A stretch of DNA of 64,000 bases from Naegleria gruberi (lineage: Eukaryota). The notes below the pieces were generated by a model. That model ran no database searches and was not told the origin of the DNA. It saw nothing but the letters and a program-made list of their open reading frames with translations. Each line of letters begins with the position of its first letter. Positions within the stretch are counted from its first letter, which is position 1. Below are positions 56,270-64,000 of this stretch, one piece after another. The stretch is from assembly GCA_000004985.1 (NCBI GenBank), contig GG738867.1; one strand, 5' to 3'. The translations under genes were made by a program, and so were the position numbers.

Positions 56270-58153
56270 TTAATCTTGTGGAGCAACAAGTCCATTTTCC
56301 TTTGGTTTCAACAAGTATTCCAAAATTGAAGGGGTAATTTCTTCCAACAAGTCAAAGGCCTTTTGCTTATCCATGTCATTGGTTTCAACGTACCATTTAA
56401 GCTTTGGTTCAGTACCACTGTTTCTGATGGTTGCAGAAGTACCATTTTCAAAAGTGAAAGTAATCATTTGAGAAGTTGGAGTGGCAGGAAGAAGTGGCTT
56501 GTTATCCTTTTGGGCAGAATCATAGTCTTTAGTCAAATCTCTGAGAGAAGCAATCTTGAAGTGCTTTGAACTATCTCTAATACTTGGAATGAAGGTTGGA
56601 TATCCACCATTTTCAATCTTTCTGAGTTCTTCCATAACCTTGTGCAACAAGTCAGTGGATGGTGTGAAGAAGTAACGAGTCTTCATGGCAAAGAAACCAT
56701 ACTTCTTATAGATATTTTCAATTTGTTCACTCAAACGTTTAACAACACCTCCCTTGTAGTGACTGTGGGCCATTTCAGCAAAAACTGAAGCAGCTCTAAC
56801 ACCATCCTTATCCAAACTACAGTCACCAACCAAGAATCCAATTTCAACTTCATAACCTAACAAGAAAGTGTATCCATCCTTGATATATTGATCAGCTCTG
56901 TTACCAATCCATTTGAAACCAGTGAGAGTTTCATCAAACTTGAAACCTTCATGAGCAGCCATAGCTCTCAAAATCTTTGAACTGACGGTACTGGCAATCA
57001 TGACACACTTGGCGTAGTCTTCGTTTGGATGAGAAGTCTTATATTGAGTCCAAACCCAATCAGCCAACAACATGGCAATTTCGTTACCATTGAAAATTCT
57101 CCAAGATCCATCAACTTGTCTTTCAGCAACAGCCAATCTGTCAGCATCTGGATCGTTAGCCAAAATGAGAATAGCACCTTCCTTTTCACACTTGTCCATG
57201 GCAAGTTTGAGAGCACCTTTACCTTCCTCAGGATTTGGATATTTTACAGTGGTAAATTCTGGATCAGCTTCAATTTGCTCTTCAACAGGAATGCATTTTG
57301 GTAAACCATACAAATCAATAGCTCTATATGTGAAAGGAGTACCAACACCATGCATAGCAGTATATACAATTTTCTCATCGGAAATAACTGGCTTACCATT
57401 GCTGTAATTATATTTACGAATGGCTTCAAAATATTCATCAGCTTGAGTTTTGGTTGGATCTTGCAACAAGTGAGACCATGGAGACAAATCAATAACTTGT
57501 TCTTCATCACCTCCATTTCCGTCTGTCTTTAATTGTTTTCTAACTTCTTCCCAAATTGATAAATTTTGCATGATAGCAGCAGAAATGTATTCATCTTGTG
57601 GAGGAATAATTTGACAACCATTTTCCCAATATAATTTATAACCATTATCTTGCTTTGGGTTGTGTGATGCAGTAACCATGACACCAGCAATGCATCTCTC
57701 TCCACTATTACTTCTATTAATATTACTGACAGCAAAAGGAACAAATGGTGTGCATACCATTGTTCTAAACAAATGTACAGTGTATCCCTTGGAGAGGAAA
57801 ACACCAGCAGTCAAGTTTGCATATTGTTTAGAATGATGTCTGCCATCATATCCGACAACTACAGAAACTTTGCTCCTATCACTAACATCTTTTGTACATT
57901 CTTCAATGTATTTACAAACTCCTTGAGATGTTTGCAAAATAATCAATTCATTCATGCATGAAAATCCAGCAGCCATCAAACTTCTCAAGCCAGCTGTACC
58001 AAATTCAATACGCTTACATAATCTCTTTTCCAATTCAGCTACATTTCCCTGTTGGACAAGGTTTTGAATATCCTTTCTAGTCACTTCAAAAGGATCAAGC
58101 TCCAACCATTGATCGACGAGTTGTTGAATATGTTGAGGAATTGTTTGGGACAT
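56270..58153 (-). CDS. phosphoglucomutase-2-like alpha-D-phosphohexomutase (PGM2/phosphopentomutase family), 627 aa, single exon
   Basis: Active-site serine loop TASHNPKQDNGYKLYWENG. Also GTAGLRSLMAAGFSCMNELIILQTSQG, the metal-binding loop NDPDADRLAVAE, and sugar-binding GYEVEIGF. Confidence 0.85.
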   Translation of the reverse strand: MSQTIPQHIQQLVDQWLELDPFEVTRKDIQNLVQQGNVAELEKRLCKRIEFGTAGLRSLMAAGFSCMNELIILQTSQGVCKYIEECTKDVSDRSKVSVVVGYDGRHHSKQYANLTAGVFLSKGYTVHLFRTMVCTPFVPFAVSNINRSNSGERCIAGVMVTASHNPKQDNGYKLYWENGCQIIPPQDEYISAAIMQNLSIWEEVRKQLKTDGNGGDEEQVIDLSPWSHLLQDPTKTQADEYFEAIRKYNYSNGKPVISDEKIVYTAMHGVGTPFTYRAIDLYGLPKCIPVEEQIEADPEFTTVKYPNPEEGKGALKLAMDKCEKEGAILILANDPDADRLAVAERQVDGSWRIFNGNEIAMLLADWVWTQYKTSHPNEDYAKCVMIASTVSSKILRAMAAHEGFKFDETLTGFKWIGNRADQYIKDGYTFLLGYEVEIGFLVGDCSLDKDGVRAASVFAEMAHSHYKGGVVKRLSEQIENIYKKYGFFAMKTRYFFTPSTDLLHKVMEELRKIENGGYPTFIPSIRDSSKHFKIASLRDLTKDYDSAQKDNKPLLPATPTSQMITFTFENGTSATIRNSGTEPKLKWYVETNDMDKQKAFDLLEEITPSILEYLLKPKENGLVAPQD

Positions 58154-58359
58154 TTTTTTGATTTTTTTTTTAAAGATTTAATGAAGGCTATTTTTGATTC
58201 CTCCGAAAATGGCTTTATCATCATCATGGATGATAATTAAACGATTTTTATATTGACAAACGTTGATCTGAAATATTAAGCATGCTTATTGAGTGTTGGT
58301 TTTGTAAAGAGTTTTGTAAATAGATTTAATCTATTTAAATCTTTAAATTTTAAAAAAAA

Positions 58360-60913
58360 ATGGAAAGAGTTTCGCCTCATGTTCATCTCTTGGCAAATAT
58401 TTGGGAAAATGAAAATTGTAAACTTCCTATCATTATTGAAAAACATAAAGAAGAAGATTTAAAATCATCGCCATTATCTTCTAAAAGAATTGATTATTTA
58501 ATTCCGAATCAGAAACTATTGATCAATTCAAATATTTATTCAATTGATTTATTAAGTAATGATGCAAATTGTGATGATAATAATAATACATCTCCAATTG
58601 ATGATGGAATTAATCATCATGATGGGAATGAATTAGAAGAAATTACTTGTCTTGATCGATTGTTTGTGTTGGAAGAGGTTTTATCGAGGGAGGAATGTCA
58701 AGATTTGATCAATGTGACTAATGAATTAGGTTATCGTTCGATTGATAGAGAATATTCGAAAGAGTATAGAAATAGTGAGAGAGTAGTGGTAACTAGTAAG
58801 AAAGTAGCAGAAATATTGTGGAATAGGATAGTGTAGGTTTTACAGTTTGGTTCATTTACTGATAAATTCGAATAGACCATTGATGAAGAAGGAAGATATT
58901 GCTAATGTGAAACCATACGGATTTGATAATAACGGGAAATGGATTCCAATAGAATTATCAGAATGTTTGAGATTTAACAGATATAAGGAAGGAAATTTCT
59001 TTAAACCTCACATGGATTCTCACTTTGTCAGAAATGACAATGAGAGAAGCATATTTACCATTCTTATTTATTTAGATGATTCTCCTTACGGTACTACCTT
59101 TTGGAAAAAGATTCCAGACGAAACAAATGAGGAACTTGCCAGCACCAAAATGAATTTCAAGAAATTATTAACAGTTCAACCAAAAGCTGGATCCATAGCA
59201 ATATTTAATCATGATATTTATCACTCTGGAGATTTTGTAAATGAAGGGTACAAATATGTTGTCAGAACTGAAATGATTTTCAAGAGAATAGATCCAGAAA
59301 GTGTATATAGACAAGATTATAGAGAAACAGCAGAATTTCAAAAAGTGAAACAATTAGTGGACGAAAGCAATCAATTAGAGAAGGAAGGAAATTTAAAGCT
59401 TTCCACCCAAAAATATATTCAAGCCCATGAATTACAAACTACAAAAGCCAACAGTATCCAAAAGGTTAACATTTCTAACAGGATTGGGCAATTACCAGAA
59501 GAAATGTTCCTTCTCATATTTTCATTTATGAAAACAGAGGAAATTTCAAACTCTTTCATCAAACTTGATAGAAACCTGAACTCTATCACAAGACACTCAA
59601 AGGTTTGGAAGGAAAGATATTGTCAAAAGTGGTCAGACAAACCCAAAGTCCCTCTCAACAAAGCAAATGGATTTAAACGAGATTATTACTATCAAATGGA
59701 TGATGACGAAATAGTTGAAGAAGGAACAATCTACTCAATGGAAAATGCAATCACCATTCAACATGAACAAACACTGGGAGATTGGTATCATGCCTTTGCA
59801 ATGAGATCTAATCAAGAAAAATTTATGGAAGTTGTATTGCTAGATTTTGTTGGAGGCAATTATAGATATGGACTTTCAAGCCAATCATTGTTTTACGTTT
59901 CGCCTGCCTCTTGTGGAATACCGAATCATCCTCATTTCTCTCTTGTGGGTTATGATTATCAGAGTATCCTTTGTGGTGATAGGTATTTTGTATCTGCTTT
60001 CCAGTGTGATGATCTTCCACTAATGGAAAGGAATGGGCAAATATTAGACATGCGTAATTTTAAAGAAATGATTACACAGCTTTACAGAGATGATCTGAAA
60101 AAGAGTATGGCTACTCCTCTATTGATTTCCATTCCAGTTGTGTGGACAGATAAACAATTATCAGTAGTTAGTACTGAACTGGTAAGTTATTTATTAATAC
60201 TGGATTAAACAGTTTATTTAAAGATTAACATGGGATTGGATGTAATATTTATTGATGAGGCAAAACTCAGGTCATTTTACTATCAGAAACCGAATTGTTT
60301 AATCATAAAATTGACAGAAAATGGAATTTATTTCATTCCAGTTAAGGAAAATGAGATGGTTAGAAAATATTATCATTTAAAAGATATGAAAAATCAAACC
60401 AGCTACCCATACCCATCAATTCTAAAAATCGCTTTCATTCCATCTGTTGACATAATTGACGAAACAGTCTTGAATGTTGAACCAATAGATATTGGAACAC
60501 ATTATAACCCAAAGATAGTTGGGAAAGAAGAAAGAGTCAAATTAGGAACAGAAATATTATTACAGGTAACAAATGCAATAGAAGAATATAAGAATTGTAT
60601 AGAAAATTGGAAAAGCAGAAATGTGACTGATAATATAATAGTTGTTGGAGAGTTTGCTCATTTGGAAAATATGAAATCCGTAGTTATTGGCCTACTCAGC
60701 AAAAATTTTCCAAATAGTTCCATTACGTATCAAGAAAATCACTTAGACAAGACGGTCAAAATTATTAACGAAAACAGTAGAAAGATGGGATATAGAGGAG
60801 GTTCTTTTGATGTTGTGGGTGGAGCAAAGATAATTTGCAGTTTGAGTAACTTTAGGGAGGATTATTATGAAAAACGTTCTAAAAAGAAAGAAAAGCGATG
60901 CACAATTGCCTAA
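58360..60913 (+). CDS. fusion protein: prolyl-4-hydroxylase-like 2OG-Fe(II) oxygenase, TPR-like segment, F-box, and a divergent actin-related protein (Arp) domain; 3 exons, about 823 aa
   Basis: Exons are 58360-58832 (donor GT|gtaggt), 58876-60181 and 60224-60913, with introns of 43 and 42 nt. P4Hc: LDRLFVLEEVLSREECQDLI, KPHMDSH (HxD), AIFNHDIYHSG (His), KYVVRTEMIF (Arg). F-box: LPEEMFLLIFSFMKTEEISNSFIKLDRNLNSITRHSKVWKERY. Actin fold: VVLLDFVGGNYRYGLSSQSLFYVSPAS (actin [27 protein letters not shown]), TPLLISIPVVWTDKQLSVVSTELV ([24 protein letters not shown]), NIIVVGEFAHLENMKSVVIGLL ([22 protein letters not shown]), and VKIINENSRKMGYRGGSFDVVGGAKIICSLSNFREDYYEK ([38 protein letters not shown]). 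No stop separates the F-box from the Arp N-terminus (single ORF 58847-60208). Confidence 0.6.
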
Positions 60914-60916
60914 AAT

Positions 60917-61597
60917 TTAAACATGAATGACAGAGTCTACATTTTTATCATGTTTCTCGGTTGGAATGATGAATTTAGTCTCTTCACTATCGATTAATTG
61001 TTTCTCAATTAATTGGTGTTTGTAGTTATCTGAGAGTTGGAAGTTTTCGTCTATAAATTGGCATGAAAAACAAATTCCAACAAGATTAGTTTCAAATTCA
61101 GTCCTACTTTTCAATTCATCCATTTTATGGAAGAAGCTATCATAATAACCCTTTCCTCTTCCTAATCTTCTATTTGAATAATCAAATGCAAGTCCTGGAA
61201 CTACCACTAATAATTTACTATCTCCATTCAAAGAATTCAACAAATCTTTTCTATGAGATAAGCTTTCAATTGGAGGTTCCAATAATTTATATTTGGCATT
61301 GTGAATTTTAAATGTTGAAAAATCCAATTCATCCTTTAAAGAAACCATCTTCATAACATCTCCCATTACAATCGGAATAAACAATTGTTTTTCTTTTTTG
61401 AGAGCATCATGAATAATATCCATTGTATCAACTTCATTACCACTTTGCATTGGAATATAACAACAAACATGAGTACATTGTGAATAAAATTCACTATTTA
61501 AAATTCGTTGTGTTATGCTTTTGGATTCCGATTGGATTTGTTCTGGTGTTAAAAGGGAGAGTTGGCGTTTAAAGTATGAACGGAAGATATTTTTCAT
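60917..61597 (-). CDS. 5-formyltetrahydrofolate cyclo-ligase (MTHFS), 226 aa
   Basis: [28 protein letters not shown] matches MTHFS [29 protein letters not shown]. The N-terminal [23 protein letters not shown] matches KRSLRGELKQRLRAMSAEERLRQSRVLSQKV. Confidence 0.8.
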   Translation of the reverse strand: [226 protein letters not shown]

Positions 61598-61675
61598 TTT
61601 TTTTGTAAAGTGTTAAAAAAGTTGTTTTCATTTAATCTTGATTTTTCAAACAACACAGATTAGTTTTTTTACAAG

Positions 61676-63064
61676 TTAGCATGATTCTATTGAAGGATAG
61701 CATACACAGAATGCTGCACTGTCCATTAATAACATGGACTCACCATCACTATTCCATTTAAAGTTTTGTACATTAAAGCTGGCACTTGGAATATCAACAC
61801 ATGAGCATCCTTCTCTTGACCAAATATAAATTTTTCCATTTCCTGTACAAATGGCCAATCTAACATGAACTGGATCCCATTGTGCATACCTAATTGGTTG
61901 TGTTTGTAATATAAGTGAACATAATGAAAGTTTGCTAGTTTCCCAAATCCATAATGCATTTGGCATGCTATCATTCCTAGTAAAGAAATATTTTGAATCA
62001 CAACTCCAATCCATCAATCCAACGCCTTCCTGAGGATTAGCCTTCTTATAATCGACAGCCTTAACAGTTTTCAAATTGACAGGCAGCTCAGCAATAACAT
62101 CTAATAGGTTAAATTATTTTGCCAAATTGAAAAACTTACATCTTGTTTTGCTGTGAGATGCAGACTTGTTTGTTCCAACAAATTCGACTTCTTGGAAAAC
62201 TACTGGATTATTTGGATGAGTTTCTATTGATACAGGTGTACCGTGATCGTATGTTGCTGTCAATTTCCATGTTAGATGATTGAGTATTCTAGCCTTTTGA
62301 TCGAAACTGCCAATAGACAACAACTGTCCATTTGGTGACCATTTAACGCTTTTGACACCCAATAAATCGTTATATGCAGAGTAGTGAGCAATCTCTGATC
62401 CTGCTGGCGAATATATTGTGACTGAGTATTCGATTTGATGATCCCATACTACAAGGAATCTACCATCAGGAGACCATTTCAAATCAGCAAGGTTCTTTGT
62501 CCTCACAGGAAAATGTTTAACTAATTCCCAAGTTTCTGTAACAATTATTGAAATGTAATCTTTACAATCTCTTCTTTCAGCAAGTGCCATATACTTTCCT
62601 CCATTTGGAGTAAAATCTATTCCTTTAGAAGTGAATTTAGGGTATTTGATATGTGCAACGTGTCCCGAAAATTCATCATTATCAGTTAAGGAATTATTCT
62701 TCAATATCGACCAAATTGTAATTCTTAATTGGAAATCAGCAGTAACAAGAACATGTCTTGAATCTGGAGAGAATCTTGCATAGCTTACTCCTGCTGGACC
62801 TTCCTCAATCTTACATTTCCAAGTGTTATCACTAATACTCCAAACCTCAACACAAGCTCTTTTATATTGAGCACAAAGAATAAATTCATTATCAGCACTC
62901 CATTCAATTTGAGAAATTACATCCGAACAAGTATAAATTCTCAACACTTGTAAAGACTCTACATCTTTAATCACTAGCCTATATCCTGATGAACTGGCAA
63001 TGTATTTTCCATTTGGCGAAAATTTACAAATACCAGAATATTTAAATACTTCACTAAAATCCAT
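61676..63064 (-). CDS. WRAP73 / WDR8 WD40-repeat protein homolog, 2 exons
   Basis: Exon 1 is 62140-63064 (donor AGA T|gtaagt). A 39-nt intron spans 62101-62139. Exon 2 is 61676-62100. MDFSEVFKYSGICKFSPNGKYIASSSGYRLVIKDVESLQVLRIYTCSDVISQIEWSADNEFILCAQYKRACVEVWS aligns with human WRAP73 [77 protein letters not shown]. Confidence 0.8.
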
Positions 63065-63296
63065 ATTATCCTCTCCGTCTCCGAATACCTATAATGTTAT
63101 ATTGTAGTAGTTCTTTTAAAAACAGATGAATGATTGTGCACTAGAGCAATTTAGAGGTTTTCGCTGGAACCCGAATGAAATCAATTTTTTAAACTTTAAA
63201 ATACAACAAAAAAATAAGCGCCAAAAATCAAAGGCTAAATTTCATGTGATTGTTTTAAATTGTGTTTTAATTATTAGAAATTTAAATCATTGAAGA

Positions 63297-63608
63297 ATGA
63301 ATGGAGCTGATATTGCTTCAGGTTCTTTTATGACTCCGAAATTGTTTTTAAAACCATCGAGAATTAATTTAAATTCCGTACCGGATAGGAGTGTTTATTT
63401 TGCAGAAAGAAAATCTAATGATGAATATTTCGGAAATCAATTTGTTATTGATTTAAAAACAGGAAAATTGAAAAAACAAAAGTTTTTTGTGAAGGATAAG
63501 AAGGAATTGGATGAGTTGTTTAACCAAAATTATCAACCAAAACAGGAATCGTTTTTGACTCAAAATATTCATCAAACACGAAAGAAATCACCCATGAACA
63601 ACATTTAA
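63297..63608 (+). CDS. hypothetical small ORF, 103 aa
   Basis: ORF only. No homology recognised. Confidence 0.25.
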   Translation: MNGADIASGSFMTPKLFLKPSRINLNSVPDRSVYFAERKSNDEYFGNQFVIDLKTGKLKKQKFFVKDKKELDELFNQNYQPKQESFLTQNIHQTRKKSPMNNI

Positions 63609-63866
63609 AGGAGAGAGCCAAGAAGGCCACAGTAGTTATTTTCAAAAAATTGAAAATGATTGCTGAAAGGAGAAAAATGTTAAAACAGGTACAATTAAAC
63701 CTTATTGAAACAAAACAAATTATCAATCATAGACAAATAATGTCCAATAATGACAATTTGCTCAACCTTCACAACACAATAACTCAGCTTAAAAAAGAAA
63801 GAAAGGACAAAATATCTAACAACATGCTTGCGCTTGCACTACTGGAGTAGTGTGGTTTAATAAATT

Positions 63867-64000
63867 AATCACTATCACTGGAATCGTCACTACTATCCGA
63901 AGCACTATCGCTAGAGTCATCACTATCTGAATCACTACTATCAGATTGGACCTTAGTTGCCATTTCTTTAAGGTACACCTTTAAATCTTCTGCTAATTGA
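63867..64000 (-). CDS. 3' end of a gene extending beyond the window; Ser/Asp-rich acidic C-terminal tail
   Basis: Minus-strand frame ...EDLKVYLKEMATKVQSDSSDSDSDDSSDSASDSSDDSSDSD* with stop at 63867-63869, open to the window edge. Confidence 0.35.

Noticed and set aside
1-64000. Prokaryote-style operons, CRISPR arrays, tRNA genes
   Set aside because: The sequence is eukaryotic: spliceosomal introns with GTAAGT donors, 5S rRNA and nuclear gene families. I found no CRISPR-like direct repeats. No tRNA-like A/B-box or T-loop (GGTTCGAATCC) candidates were found on either strand.

Overview
This is an AT-rich (~70% AT), gene-dense eukaryotic chromosomal segment. Codon usage, N/Q/S-rich proteins, short AT-rich GTAAGT...AG introns (about 40-130 nt) and a 5S rRNA close to the Dictyostelium type point to a dictyostelid-like amoebozoan. 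It is not a prokaryotic window, so there are no operons, CRISPR arrays or tRNA genes.

I count about 45 Pol II protein-coding genes on both strands, many with 1-4 introns. Gene calls are from motifs recognised by eye, not database searches. Those recognisable by conserved motifs include:
- exosome Rrp41
- Dim1/TXNL4A
- HINT
- mitochondrial ribosomal protein uS17m
- an SPCA/PMR1-type Ca-ATPase
- PGM2-like phosphomutase
- MTHFS
- WRAP73/WDR8
- a cytochrome P450
- a CAP/PR-1 secreted protein
- an alpha/beta-hydrolase
- an FG-GAP repeat membrane protein
- INTS4
- EI24
- CCZ1, ATG13, a RAB3GAP2-like protein and CYRI/FAM49
- two KCTD-type BTB domains and an RCC1-repeat protein

Non-coding content is two dispersed 5S rRNA genes 1104 bp apart. 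They share a 38-bp upstream TATA-like element and T-run terminators. There is a 65-N assembly gap.

Most notable observations:
1. An 857-bp MITE-like DNA transposon with 17-bp terminal inverted repeats and an 8-bp target-site duplication sits inside a coding exon. Excising it restores a 360-codon reading frame exactly.
2. One gene fuses a cytoplasmic prolyl-4-hydroxylase-like 2OG oxygenase, an F-box and an actin-related-protein domain.
3. A second, large 2OG-oxygenase gene has an acidic N-terminus and an uncharacterised 540-aa C-terminal domain.
4. A candidate nucleotidyltransferase-fold protein ends in a WWE domain.
5. A CpG-rich cluster of E2F-like TTTCGCGC motifs lies in an otherwise AT-rich promoter.
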